Origin: Candidatus Latescibacterota bacterium
Lineage (GTDB): Bacteria > Latescibacterota > UBA2968 > UBA8231
NCBI GenBank assembly: GCA_965248265.1
Contig: CBDFJF010000002.1
Span: forward strand, 3,008,001-3,072,000
DNA: 64,000 bases
Direction: 5' to 3'
Part shown: in pieces, positions 20,199 to 29,913 of the stretch
Layout: each line of letters begins with the position of its first letter
Position numbering within the stretch: position 1 is the first letter of the stretch
The notes under the pieces: model-generated
Databases searched by the model: none
What the model saw: the letters and a program-made list of their open reading frames with translations, nothing else
What the model was told of the DNA's origin: nothing
Made by a program: the position numbers and the translations under genes

Positions 20199-22102
20199 CA
20201 GCCATCCCGGCTCTGTGCGGGGGTTGGCTCCCATGCATGGTCGGTATCTGCTTTGAAATCACGATCGTCTTCGCGAATCAGTGCTTCGAGTTCGGAGATG
20301 TGCTCTCTGACCTGCTCGGCATATGCCTTCTCGTCCTCTCCACCACGCAAGTCGGCGCGCTCGGTCATGGCACGTTGCTCATGCTTCTTGAAGATACGGG
20401 CCGCCCGCTGAGCCTGGTAGGAACGGAATCCCAACACCTTGAGGGCATCCACTCCCATGCTCAGAGCGCTGTCGAAGGTCTCACGAAATACGCCATCGAC
20501 GCCGACCTCCATCAGTTCAAAACTGTGTTGCATGCTGTCCGCCCGAGCGAGAATCTTCAGATTCGGGTAACGGCGGCGCATCTGCTCGGCGATCTGGGTG
20601 GCATGCTCCGGTTCATCAATCGCCAGAATCAACAAGCGGGCTGTTTCTGCGCCGGCAGCGTGCATCAGATCCGGCCGCCCAGCATCACCATAGAACACCT
20701 TGACGCCAAACCGCCTGAGCGTCTCGATCTGCTCCGGATCCAGATCCAGAATCGTCGTCGCGACCCCGTTGGCTCTGAGGAGGCGACCGACCACGTTGCC
20801 GAAACGGCCGAAGCCGGCGATGATGACGGGATTGTCCTCGTCCATGCTATCGGCTTCTCTCTCGCTTTTCTTGCCCCTGGCGAACGCCGGTTGCACCAGC
20901 TTGTCGTTGACGATCATCAGCAGTGGCGTGACGGCCATGGAGAGGGCGACGACGGCGATGAGGAGATTAGCAGTATCCGCGGGGAAGACCTGGTGCTGAG
21001 TCGCAAAGGAAAGAAGCACGAACGCGAATTCCCCTCCCTGAGCAAGGGCGAACGAGAGCAGAAAGCCTTGCGAGCCCGGCATGCGAAACAGACGCGCGAT
21101 AACGACTAGCACGATGAACTTGACGACGACGAGAATGCCGATGAGAAGCCCAATGGTCGGGGTGTGTGTGGCCAACAGGTCGAAGTCGATGCTGGCGCCA
21201 ACCGATATGAAAAACAGACCCAGTAGAAGACCCTTGAAGGGTTCGATGTCAGATTCCAACTCGTGGCGGAATTCACTGTCGGCAAGTACGACCCCTGCGA
21301 GAAAGGTTCCCAAAGCGGGAGAGAGACCGACCTGCTCCATGGCCAGGGCAATGCCGATGACGAGCAGAAGTGCGGCAGCCGTGAACACCTCGCGGAGCCG
21401 GGTGGCGGCGATGGCGCGGAATACAGGCCGTGTCAATAGCTTGCCACCCACGATGATGCCGGCAATGAGTACCACCGTTATCAGCCCTTGTTGCCAACCC
21501 GGTAGGGAGGCAATCGCAGTCGTGTGCGCTGGTGCGTGAGCAGCAGCAGGTGAGGTGCCGACGCCACTGGATATAGCCAACAGCGGCAGGATCGCGAACA
21601 TCGGTATCACCGCGAGATCCTGAAACAACAACACTGAGAACGCACCCTGACCTCCCAGGGTCTTCAGGAGACCCTTCTCCGCAAGGCTCTGCAGTACGAT
21701 CGCGGTGGAGGAGAGGGCAAGGATGATACCGGCGGCGAGTGCGACTCTCCAGCCTGCCCCAAGTGCCATACCGATCAAGGCGAAGGCGGCGGCGGTCAGC
21801 CCTACCTGCAGGCCACCCATGCCCAGGATGGGAGCACGCAGACGCCACAGCAACGCTGGCTGCAGTTCCAGGCCAACCAGGAACAGCATCATCACGACGC
21901 CAAACTCGGCGAAGTGCATGACATGTTGGCCCTCTTCGCCGACCAATCCCAGGACGTGAGGCCCTATCAGCGCGCCAGCAACGAGGTATCCGAGAACGGA
22001 TCCAAGTCCGGCACGTTTCGCGAGGGGCACTGAAACTACCGCCGCAGTCAGGTAGACGAAGGCTTGAAAGAAAAATCCGTCACCGCTCATGAGAGTTTGC
22101 AC
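20198..22102 (-). CDS. kefC: CPA2 K+ efflux antiporter, KefB/KefC-type with TrkA-N domain
   Basis: LGYL.AG, AEFGVV, LSSTAI, LLFQD, DIEPFKGLLLGLFF, QGGEFAFV, GFGRFG; start may be 22090. Confidence 0.9.
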   Translation of the reverse strand: MQTLMSGDGFFFQAFVYLTAAVVSVPLAKRAGLGSVLGYLVAGALIGPHVLGLVGEEGQHVMHFAEFGVVMMLFLVGLELQPALLWRLRAPILGMGGLQVGLTAAAFALIGMALGAGWRVALAAGIILALSSTAIVLQSLAEKGLLKTLGGQGAFSVLLFQDLAVIPMFAILPLLAISSGVGTSPAAAHAPAHTTAIASLPGWQQGLITVVLIAGIIVGGKLLTRPVFRAIAATRLREVFTAAALLLVIGIALAMEQVGLSPALGTFLAGVVLADSEFRHELESDIEPFKGLLLGLFFISVGASIDFDLLATHTPTIGLLIGILVVVKFIVLVVIARLFRMPGSQGFLLSFALAQGGEFAFVLLSFATQHQVFPADTANLLIAVVALSMAVTPLLMIVNDKLVQPAFARGKKSEREADSMDEDNPVIIAGFGRFGNVVGRLLRANGVATTILDLDPEQIETLRRFGVKVFYGDAGRPDLMHAAGAETARLLILAIDEPEHATQIAEQMRRRYPNLKILARADSMQHSFELMEVGVDGVFRETFDSALSMGVDALKVLGFRSYQAQRAARIFKKHEQRAMTERADLRGGEDEKAYAEQVREHISELEALIREDDRDFKADTDHAWEPTPAQSRDG

Positions 22103-22706
22103 TGGGGTTTGAGGGGAGGGCGTCGTTCAAGTACAAGACCTGTTGCGAAAGGGCGTCCGCATCGAGCGTGCCATCGCGTAGGGCGACTAACGCACGCCGG
22201 TAATCTGCCGCCATATCGTCTAAGTGGTCCTCTGAATGGTCCTCCAGCGTGCCGTGCACGACAAAGGGCGGCAGGTACTGCATGCCACAGAAATGGGCGG
22301 TCTGGGCAAAAGGCACCAGTAATTCCTGAATGGAAAAGCGATTGACGCCCTCACGTGAGTAGGCTTCGCTACTGCCCCCTGTTGTCACCACGGAGAGCAG
22401 CTTTTTCCTGTGCAGGGCTACCCCTGCTGGTCCGAAGGCGTAACCGAACTCCAGGACGAGGTCCAGCCACTCCTTCAACAGCGCCGGACAGCTGTACCAG
22501 TACAACGGATGCTGGAACACGATGATGTCATGGGCGTCCAAGCGCTTCTGCTCTTCGGGTACGTCGATGTTGAAGTCGGGATACTCCTCGTACAGATCTC
22601 GCAGTTCGACACAATCAAGATCGGCGATGGCATCCACCATGCGACGATTGGCCCGCGAGCGCTGGTAGGCCGGGTGTGCGAAAAGGACGAGGATCGAATC
22701 AGGCAC
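22080..22706 (-). CDS. kefF: KefF/KefG-type NAD(P)H oxidoreductase (flavodoxin-like ancillary protein)
   Basis: LFAHP, DLYE.YPDF.ID, FQHPLYWYSCPALLKEWLD; GTG start at 22706; overlaps kefC. Confidence 0.88.
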   Translation of the reverse strand: MPDSILVLFAHPAYQRSRANRRMVDAIADLDCVELRDLYEEYPDFNIDVPEEQKRLDAHDIIVFQHPLYWYSCPALLKEWLDLVLEFGYAFGPAGVALHRKKLLSVVTTGGSSEAYSREGVNRFSIQELLVPFAQTAHFCGMQYLPPFVVHGTLEDHSEDHLDDMAADYRRALVALRDGTLDADALSQQVLYLNDALPSNPSANSHER

Positions 22707-22756
22707 GGTTAGGGCCGGCCGGGTGTGGGCCGCACGAGCCTGTCGGGCAAACGATG

Positions 22757-23788
22757 TTAACTTGGGACTGGCGCGTCCGCATGGATCAACTCTTCTGACT
22801 TGAGATCGCTCCACAGGCCAGCGGGGATCTCCTGTTGGCACAGCTGCACATTGGCACTGAGCTCTTCTGGGGATCGCGCGCCAGGGATGATGGCGGCTAC
22901 GACGGGATGGGCAAGTGGGAATTGGAGCGCGGCGGCGGCTAACGGTACGGTGTGACGCTGGCAGACCGCTTCGATGCGCCGGGTGCGCTCTAAAATCTCG
23001 GCAGGGGCCAGAGCGTAGTTGTAGTAGGCGCCTTCAACGGGCCCCGACGCCAGTATTCCCGAATTGTAGGGTCCGCCGACGACGATGCGCACGCCGCGTT
23101 CCTCACATAGCGGCAGCAGGTGTTGCAGCGACTCCTGCTCGAGCAGCGTGTAGCGACCCGCCAGCAGGAAGCAGTCGAAGTCGCCGGCGACGGCAAAATC
23201 GGCCAGCATCTGCCACTGGTTCATCCCCACGCCTATCGCCTTGATGACTCCCTGACTCCGCAGCTTGTCCAGAGCCGGGTAGGTATTGTCCATGACCACG
23301 GCGAAATGGCTGTTCTCATACGGATCGAACTCGGGTTGCAGGCTGATCCCTTCATCGGGATCGTGTATATAGATGAGGTCGATCCTGTCGGTCTGCAACC
23401 GATCCAGGCTGCCCTCGATGGAGCGCAGCACGGCATCGCGGGAGTAGTCGTATTCGATGGTCATGTGCGGCGTGTCGACGAACTGATCGAACGGCGGAGT
23501 TTCTCCCGGGCCGAGTGGGCGGAGGGTGTAGCCGACCTTGGAGGAGATCGCCAGCTCGTCCCGGTCATAGCCAGACAGCACATCACCGTAGCGAGTCTCA
23601 CTGAGGCCAAAACCGTACAGCGGGGCCGTGTCGAAGTACCGGATGCCGGCTTCGTAGGCTCCGGTCAGTGATTCCCGCACGACGTGATCGGGAATGGTGG
23701 CAAACAGATTACCCAGGGGCGCACCGCCGAAGCCGACGTTCGTGATCGTCATGCCAGCAGATCCGATGCTGTGTTTAGTGAAAATCAT
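22757..23788 (-). CDS. Aldo/keto reductase (D-threo-aldose/pyridoxal dehydrogenase-like)
   Basis: GFGGAPLGNL, FDTAPLYG, SKVG, IHD, LAGRYTLL, GGPYNSG; ATG at 23788. Confidence 0.9.
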   Translation of the reverse strand: MIFTKHSIGSAGMTITNVGFGGAPLGNLFATIPDHVVRESLTGAYEAGIRYFDTAPLYGFGLSETRYGDVLSGYDRDELAISSKVGYTLRPLGPGETPPFDQFVDTPHMTIEYDYSRDAVLRSIEGSLDRLQTDRIDLIYIHDPDEGISLQPEFDPYENSHFAVVMDNTYPALDKLRSQGVIKAIGVGMNQWQMLADFAVAGDFDCFLLAGRYTLLEQESLQHLLPLCEERGVRIVVGGPYNSGILASGPVEGAYYNYALAPAEILERTRRIEAVCQRHTVPLAAAALQFPLAHPVVAAIIPGARSPEELSANVQLCQQEIPAGLWSDLKSEELIHADAPVPS

Positions 23789-24028
23789 CGCTGTCTCAAC
23801 GGATGTGGAACATGCCGTGAACTTTTTCGCCGTCTTGAAGATCGATTCGTCGCCATGAGCTCTCATCATTGAGGGTGTGCCAGCGACGTTCCTCCTTGAT
23901 GTAGTTCCAATCCTGGTCAGATTGTCGCGAATATATGAACAACTGTGAACGGAACGGAATACTGAGAGGAAGCTGATTTCCATTCCTCTCGGTGCTGCCA
24001 CATTCCCCCTTGGATACTTAGCGTACAA

Positions 24029-24223
24029 TTAGGAGTCCACCAGCCCGTGGGCAAGTCGCAGTGACTCCCGCCGCTTTTCCGCATAAGAAGTCGTATACGT
24101 GTCAAGGGTCGTCTGTATTCTGCTGTGACGTAGCTGGAGCTGGACTACCTTCAAGTCGCCGCTCGCATGCCACAAAAGGCTTCCGCCAGTCTTCCTCAAA
24201 GTTTGGAATGGAACGTGAGACAA
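24029..24223 (-). pseudogene. Tyrosine recombinase C-terminal fragment
   Basis: FQTLRKT..S......DL..VQ..LRHS.I.TT...Y catalytic-end pattern; no N-terminal part. Confidence 0.7.
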
Positions 24224-24522
24224 TCCTGCCGAAATCAGAATCTTCCTGTGCCACTGCCCAACGCAGACATGTGTGAGCGGCGTTCCCTTTCCCGTGCAGA
24301 AAATCAGATCGAAATCCTGCCAATCGCTGTATTAAATACATCACGCTTACCCAGGTAAGTTTCTCGTCGCGCTCGAGCAGCGCCTACTAACAGGGAGACG
24401 TTACCGCTGTCGGCGCAAACTGTCACCGTCGAGGTGGATACGTCCGACGCCGACCAGCGGGCGCTGCGCAAGACGCGAGCCGAGGCTCGGGCTGGATAGC
24501 AAGTTTCTCGAAAGGAGACGGG

Positions 24523-24753
24523 ATGGAACTGTTTCAAGATGCACTTGCAGTTGTAACTGGCGTTGGTGGTGTATTGCTCGGCGCGGTGGCCATGCTGGGT
24601 CGCATCAAGAAGGCCCGCAAGGAAGTTTCGGATGTAGTCGCTCTCACGAACCAGCTGGCCGACAAGTACGGCGAGATGGACGATGACGCTAGACGCCTCA
24701 AGCGCGAAGCCCAGGAAGCCGTTGCGGCCGTCAAAGCGGTGTTTCAGTTCTGA
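24523..24753 (+). CDS. Small phage-like membrane protein (N-terminal TM + coiled coil)
   Basis: SD AAGGAG, 76 aa, hydrophobic N-terminus; TGATG-coupled to the next ORF. Confidence 0.6.
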   Translation: MELFQDALAVVTGVGGVLLGAVAMLGRIKKARKEVSDVVALTNQLADKYGEMDDDARRLKREAQEAVAAVKAVFQF

Positions 24754-24872
24754 TGCGTCGACGTGACAGAGCGCGAAGGCTAAAAGCCAAGCCGGACGCA
24801 TGGCCGTGGTTGGCCGGCCTCGTCGTCTTCTCGCTGGTACTCATCGAAACGCTGTGGGAAAGGGTTGGGTGA
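24753..24872 (+). CDS. 39-aa single-TM protein (not in ORF track)
   Basis: MRRRDRARRLKAKPDAWPWLAGLVVFSLVLIETLWERVG; TGATG overlaps at both ends. Confidence 0.45.
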   Translation: MRRRDRARRLKAKPDAWPWLAGLVVFSLVLIETLWERVG

Positions 24873-25135
24873 TGGCTGAGCTGTCCGAAGAAGACGTCAA
24901 GATTCTGCGCCAACTGGACCGCAACGTCGGGATCCTCCTGGACAGGACTGAGGGGATGGCCGAATCGATCAAGGACAACGAGACGGACATCCGGAGGCTG
25001 GACAGGGCGACCGAGAGCCTGACGACCAAGATGGGGGTGATTGGCGCGGTTGCGGTGCTGATGTCCGCCCTCCTCTCCGCATTTGTGAGCGACTGGATGA
25101 AGACGACGGTGGCCGCCGCAGCGAGCGGTCAATGA
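24872..25135 (+). CDS. Phage-like coiled-coil + C-terminal TM protein (XhlA/holin-like architecture)
   Basis: MAELSEEDVKILRQL..., heptad region then GVIGAVAVLMSALLSAFV. Confidence 0.55.
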   Translation: MAELSEEDVKILRQLDRNVGILLDRTEGMAESIKDNETDIRRLDRATESLTTKMGVIGAVAVLMSALLSAFVSDWMKTTVAAAASGQ

Positions 25136-25501
25136 ATGCTGCCCGCTTACTCCGACTGGCCGCCTCTTCGTACCACCTCAACTATGTATACCCTCGCCTC
25201 ATCCGGCAGTTCTGGCCACTTGGCTCGGCCTCGACCCAGACAACGTCAGGGAGGTGGTGACCATCCTCCGATCAGAGGCCACGCCATGACCCCATTGAAA
25301 ACGCCTCCTCTGGGAGGGTGCGAAACACGAGTGCTTATCTTGACCTGGTAACGGCGAGTTTCTAGTTTTTATGTAGCAGCAGGATCTGCTTGAATGCGGG
25401 TGTCGTGACCACCGGTTATGGCGCCCGTTTCTTCGTTCTGGCCGGATAGGAGGTCACGACTCGTGTCCGGCCAGTACCCTCCATCCCCATCGTGACCAGC
25501 C

Positions 25502-26371
25502 ATGACATTCGGCGAGTTCCTCAGCGAGTTCCGCACTGATTTCGGCGGTTGGAGCCCCAATACCTGGCGGGGCCTGTCCGGGATGCTGCGGAAGTTGGAT
25601 GGTGAGTTCGGCGACGAGCCCCTGGATTCCATCAGCACCCGCCAGATCGATCGGTATCTGACGCGCCGGCGCAATCTCGATGGGGTCACCACATCCACCA
25701 CCAATCGCTATCTGGCGACGCTGAAAACGCTGTTCAAGACCGCCTGCAACTGGGACTACATCACCCAGAACCCAACTTCACGGATCAAGATGCTCAAGGA
25801 GCAGAACCGGGTGCCCAACGCCCTGAACGACCGTGAGCTGGAAGCTCTGATCGCTGAATGCCCACAGCGCATCCGGAGTGTCGTGATTCTGGCAGCGGAC
25901 ACGGGCATGAGGCGCTCCGAGCTGCAGCGATTGGCCTGGCGGGATGTGGACTTCGAGGCCGTGACCGTGACCGTGCGACAGTCGAAGAACAAGGACTACC
26001 GGGTGATCCCGATGACTGACCGGGTCCGATCGCTGTTGATGCAGTTGAAGCCGCAGCTCACTGAACCGCAGCAGCTGGTCATCGAATTCGGGGATATCAA
26101 GAGATCACTGCACAGTGCGGGTGTGCGGGCGAACGTCGGTCACGTCCATCTTCATATGCTCAGGCACACGACAGCAACGCGCCTAAGAGATCGCGGTGTA
26201 CCTCTCGACCGAATCATGGAGCTGATGGGGCATCGCTCATACAGCGTAGCCCTGCGATACGCCAAGGCGCGCCCTCAACAGCTCATCGAAGCGATCGCCG
26301 CTCTCAATACCAATCCGGTGTCCAATGACGCTGCTGGCGGACTTTCAGCGGCTGCCACGGAGAATCTTTAG
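25502..26371 (+). CDS. Tyrosine recombinase/phage integrase (core-binding + catalytic domains, no arm-binding domain)
   Basis: TTNRYLA.LK, TGMRRSE (R), SKN (K), HMLRHT (HxxR), MGH, LRYA (Y); in-frame TGA at 25493 rules out a longer N-terminus. Confidence 0.92.
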   Translation: MTFGEFLSEFRTDFGGWSPNTWRGLSGMLRKLDGEFGDEPLDSISTRQIDRYLTRRRNLDGVTTSTTNRYLATLKTLFKTACNWDYITQNPTSRIKMLKEQNRVPNALNDRELEALIAECPQRIRSVVILAADTGMRRSELQRLAWRDVDFEAVTVTVRQSKNKDYRVIPMTDRVRSLLMQLKPQLTEPQQLVIEFGDIKRSLHSAGVRANVGHVHLHMLRHTTATRLRDRGVPLDRIMELMGHRSYSVALRYAKARPQQLIEAIAALNTNPVSNDAAGGLSAAATENL

Positions 26372-26422
26372 ATCCAGCCCACCTGATCGATCTCTCGGTC
26401 TCAGGTCCACGGTGCAAGACAA

Positions 26423-26518
26423 CGATGCTCGGTGAGCATCGGATGTTTGGATGATTACCGCCGATCCGTCTCGCACAGTCCTTGACCATGTTCATTCGGT
26501 AGCGTTTCCTAAGTGTCC
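26423..26518. repeat. ~96-bp degenerate intergenic repeat, copy A
   Basis: Shares TGAGCATCGGATGTT, TGATT.CCGCC.ATC, TCCTTGACCATGT.CATTCGG, GTTTCCTA, AGTGTCC blocks with 32673-32768. Confidence 0.8.
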
Positions 26519-26577
26519 AAGCGCCGCGGTGGAGTCTCCAGACAGGGCCGTCTGCTCTACATACTCTTGAGGCACTG

Positions 26578-26904
26578 CTACTCTTTTCCAACATCATTGA
26601 CACTCTGTTCTGCCCTTTCAGAGGCTTCTGCGCTTTCCGTCACGTCCCTATTACGGAAGACCTTTCCTACTACCCACATTGCGACCGGACGGTTGAATGA
26701 GAGGAAGTCGATGTAAATGTGCTTCATCGGGTCGAATCGAGCATCAAGGCGAGAGATACTATCGGCTATCTGTTTGCCAATGCGGAGCAGCAGATCGTCA
26801 GAAGGCATATCAGACTCTAAGACGTAGAGCGACTGCCGGGGCCTGATGTAGTACATCCCGACTTTTTCTATCGAGGGCATGGAGATGTTGAATTCGCTTG
26901 CCAC
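26578..26904 (-). CDS. Hypothetical protein, probably a 5'-truncated remnant
   Basis: 108-aa ORF with lower GC and no clear RBS. Confidence 0.35.
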   Translation of the reverse strand: MASEFNISMPSIEKVGMYYIRPRQSLYVLESDMPSDDLLLRIGKQIADSISRLDARFDPMKHIYIDFLSFNRPVAMWVVGKVFRNRDVTESAEASERAEQSVNDVGKE

Positions 26905-26967
26905 AGTCTCCGCTATCTCGGTGTGAATCGCCCCGGCTTGGGGAACACGATTTCCTTGATTTTCTAC

Positions 26968-26996
26968 TTGACATATGACTGATCGTCAGTCATATT
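26968..26996 (+). promoter_or_regulatory. tetR promoter with palindromic operator
   Basis: TTGACA (26968-73), 17 nt, CATATT; operator ATATGACTGAtcgTCAGTCATAT (26973-26995) spans the spacer. Confidence 0.8.
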
Positions 26997-27031
26997 AAGG
27001 AACGAGCGAACGATTACGAGAGGAGAACTCG

Positions 27032-27640
27032 GTGCCTGAGACCAAGCCAAGAAGGACCGCAAGCGAGGCCGTAAGAAGGGCACAGCTGCTCAAAGCGGCT
27101 CGAAAGGTGTTTCGTGCCAAAGGATACGACAGTGCGAGTGTCGCTGAAATCGTGCGTGAGGCGGGGGTGGCTCAAGGGACGTTCTACATCTACTTCCCGT
27201 CGAAGAGGGACGCTGCCGTAGCCCTGGTTAACGGCCTCATGGAGACCATGGCCGAAGAGGTAGCAGCCTCTGTCGAATCGGCCACGTCCTTTGAGGCGCA
27301 GCTCGAAACCATAGTTGCTGTAACCTTCCGCCTTGCTCGACAAAACGCAGACCTGCTGAGACTGATCTTCATAGGTGCCGATGAAACACACCCTGAATTG
27401 CACAGCGAGTCACCGGAGCATGCTTCAATCCTGAGGACCGTTATAGAGCTATTCAGGAGTGCCGTTAATGCGGGCGAGATGGAGGCCATGGATCCAGCGA
27501 TAGCGGCACGGCTGGTGACCGGTCTGCTGCAACATACAGTGCTCGAGGCCTTTGTCTTTGAGGATGGAAAGGAAGCGGAGGCGCTTGAGCAGGGCGTCTG
27601 CCTACTGCTTTGCAATGCGCTGAAACGGCGATCCGAGTAG
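27032..27640 (+). CDS. TetR/AcrR family regulator
   Basis: RRAQLLKAA..F..KGY..SV.EI...AGVAQGTFY.YFPSK HTH. Confidence 0.93.
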   Translation: MPETKPRRTASEAVRRAQLLKAARKVFRAKGYDSASVAEIVREAGVAQGTFYIYFPSKRDAAVALVNGLMETMAEEVAASVESATSFEAQLETIVAVTFRLARQNADLLRLIFIGADETHPELHSESPEHASILRTVIELFRSAVNAGEMEAMDPAIAARLVTGLLQHTVLEAFVFEDGKEAEALEQGVCLLLCNALKRRSE

Positions 27641-27660
27641 TTTTTTTTTGCCCCTAATAA

Positions 27661-27677
27661 TGACTGATCGTCAGTCA
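27661..27677 (+). promoter_or_regulatory. Second TetR operator, upstream of the MFS gene
   Basis: TGACTGATCGTCAGTCA, identical to 26976-26992. Confidence 0.85.
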
Positions 27678-27711
27678 ATAAGGGGAGATCAACTTTCATG
27701 AGGAGACCATT

Positions 27712-29355
27712 ATGGACGGCATCACCAATCAGGAAAAGGCACAGGCCCGCATTTACCGGATGCGCTGGTGGACGCTCGCAGTCGTCTCAGTCACAGTGCT
27801 GCTGGCAACCATCGACGAAACGATTCTCAACGTGGCTATCCCGTCACTGCAACGAGGCTTGGGCGCATCGGCCTCGTCGCTGCAATGGATGGTCAACTCT
27901 TACGTGCTGGTGTTCGGCGGCTTGCTCTTGACGATGGGCGGTATTGGTGACCGGTTCGGACGAGCACGGATGCTACGCTATGGGCTCGCGGTTTTCGGCC
28001 TTTCTTCCCTGGGCGCAGCGTTCGCACAGTCGCCGGCGCAACTGATCGGAGCCCGCGCAATCATGGGTATCGGCGGCGCGATGATGATGCCGGCAACCCT
28101 TGCCATTATCGTGAACGTGTTTGAACAAAAGGAGCTGCCTAAAGCGATCGCGATCTGGTCGATGATGGCGGGAGTAGGCGTCGCGCTCGGACCGATCCTT
28201 GGTGGGTTTCTGCTCCAATACTTCTACTGGGGATCTGTTTTCCTCGTAAACGTACCCATCGCTGGGATCGCGATAGCGGCGAGCCTGTTCCTCGTTCCGG
28301 ATAGCCGAGACCCCGAAAGCAGGCCCCTCGACATTCCGGGCGCACTCCTGTCGACAGGAGCGGTCTGTGCAGTAATCCTCGCCATTATCGAGGGTCCCCA
28401 GTGGGGGGCCGGCTCTTCACAGTTTGCAATAACAATAGCTGCAGCAATCATCCTGAGCGTGGGCTTTGTGCTACGAGAGCGGCAAGCCGAACACCCACTG
28501 CTGGACTTTGCGCTGTTTCGGCTGCCGCGTTTCTCGACCGGAGCCGCCGCCATAAGTCTGGCATTCTTCTCGATGGTCGGCTTCATGTTCGGCTTCACGC
28601 AGTACCTCCAATTTGTTCAGGGACACACGCCGCTGGCTGCGGGCATTCGATTCCTACCCATAGCGGTGGGGTTCATGTTTGGCGCTATAGCCAGTGAGGA
28701 GTTGGCGCGCCGCTTCGGTACCAGCATAGTCGTGGCGGTCGGACTCGTCATCATGACGGCTACGATGCCGCTTGTACTCCTTTGGGAGATAAACACTTCC
28801 TACTTCGTGATCGGGCCTATTGTGGCCGTGATCGCGCTCGGCGTCGGTTTGGTTTTCGCTCCGGCAGCCGAAGCGGTCATGGGAGCCGTTGAGGCAGCGA
28901 AGGCGGGAGTTGGCTCCGCCATGAACGATGTGGCTCAGATGCTCTCGAGCGCATTCAGTGTGGCCGTGGTGGGCTCGGTGATGTATGCGATCTACTCGGT
29001 AAAGTTCGGGAAGGCTGTGACGATGCTGCCGGCCGAGGCAAAACAGCTCGTGTTGGATTCAATCGGCGCGGCAGTTCAACTGGCGGCAACCCTACCGCAA
29101 GAGGAGGCGCTTGCCCTGTCCACCGCTGCCAAGTCTGCATTCACGGATGCGCTGGGTCTGGCGGTGCTGATTGGCGCCGGGCTCTCCTTCGTTGGTGTGC
29201 TGATCGTTGCCAAGTTCATGCCGGCGCGAGACACCTATGCGGGCGACCACATCGATAGCAATCTGCAGAAGCTAGAATCACCACTATTGATCAGCTCGCA
29301 GGCTTCGCAAAAAAGGAGCACACAATGGCTGACCACTCTCTCTCAGAAGCAGTAG
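27712..29355 (+). CDS. MFS drug:H+ antiporter, DHA2 (14-TM) family
   Basis: D.TILNVAIP, W.VNSY, GDRFGR, GPILGG, FLVNVP motifs. Confidence 0.92.
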   Translation: MDGITNQEKAQARIYRMRWWTLAVVSVTVLLATIDETILNVAIPSLQRGLGASASSLQWMVNSYVLVFGGLLLTMGGIGDRFGRARMLRYGLAVFGLSSLGAAFAQSPAQLIGARAIMGIGGAMMMPATLAIIVNVFEQKELPKAIAIWSMMAGVGVALGPILGGFLLQYFYWGSVFLVNVPIAGIAIAASLFLVPDSRDPESRPLDIPGALLSTGAVCAVILAIIEGPQWGAGSSQFAITIAAAIILSVGFVLRERQAEHPLLDFALFRLPRFSTGAAAISLAFFSMVGFMFGFTQYLQFVQGHTPLAAGIRFLPIAVGFMFGAIASEELARRFGTSIVVAVGLVIMTATMPLVLLWEINTSYFVIGPIVAVIALGVGLVFAPAAEAVMGAVEAAKAGVGSAMNDVAQMLSSAFSVAVVGSVMYAIYSVKFGKAVTMLPAEAKQLVLDSIGAAVQLAATLPQEEALALSTAAKSAFTDALGLAVLIGAGLSFVGVLIVAKFMPARDTYAGDHIDSNLQKLESPLLISSQASQKRSTQWLTTLSQKQ

Positions 29356-29418
29356 CGCTCTACAGGGATTCTTCACTCAATGATAGGAGAGAACACGATG
29401 TCCATTATAACTGCCTCT

Positions 29419-29471
29419 AGTCCTGGGTATGACTTTAAACTGCCCTGAATTATTCTAATCGTTAAACCAGG
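29419..29471. repeat. 53-bp direct repeat, copy 1
   Basis: AGTCCTGGGTATGACTTTAAACTGCCCTGAATTATTCTAATCGTTAAACCAGG; 48/53 identical to 29835-29887. Confidence 0.9.
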
Positions 29472-29516
29472 TTTCGTGTCAGAAAACATATTTCCCTCAA
29501 ACTTAAGGAAACAAAA

Positions 29517-29810
29517 ATGTTTACTCTATTTGCTCAATTCGCCGTAGAAGACTTTGACGCGTGGAAAGGTGCTATCGACTCGGTCGACGCCCAATCAACT
29601 TTGAAGGAATATGGCATGGTAGAGGCCAGCATACATCGACAGGTGGATGCCAGTGAGGTTACTATAATCCACAAATTCAAGGATTTAGAGACAGCCCGAG
29701 AATTTATGAATAGGTCGGAAATGGAAGAAACTCAGAAACGATACCAGCAAATGGGGATCATACTGCCGGCTACAATGTGGCTAGGCGAGGATGTGAGTCA
29801 ATATAGATAA
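29517..29810 (+). CDS. Small AT-rich hypothetical protein (dimeric alpha/beta barrel-like)
   Basis: V.DFD.WK...D motif; SD AAGGA; 97 aa. Confidence 0.7.
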   Translation: MFTLFAQFAVEDFDAWKGAIDSVDAQSTLKEYGMVEASIHRQVDASEVTIIHKFKDLETAREFMNRSEMEETQKRYQQMGIILPATMWLGEDVSQYR

Positions 29811-29834
29811 TTTCAGAAACCAATATCCGGCCTA

Positions 29835-29887
29835 AGTCCTGGGTATGACTGAAAACTGGTCTGAGTTATTCTAATCGTTAAACCAGG
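29835..29887. repeat. 53-bp direct repeat, copy 2
   Basis: AGTCCTGGGTATGACTGAAAACTGGTCTGAGTTATTCTAATCGTTAAACCAGG. Confidence 0.9.
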
Positions 29888-29913
29888 CTACTAATAATCT
29901 TCGTGAAAGGGAA

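Noticed and set aside
23789-24028. 80-aa N-terminal extension of the aldo/keto reductase (and similar extensions at 1894, 16126, 22841, 37647)
   Set aside because: Family similarity starts at downstream start codons; the extensions are longest-ORF artefacts.
29419-29887. CRISPR array or canonical integron attC sites
   Set aside because: Only two repeats 416 bp apart with a gene between them, no cas genes, no RYYYAAC inverse core, and the nearby integrase shows no obvious IntI-specific insertion.
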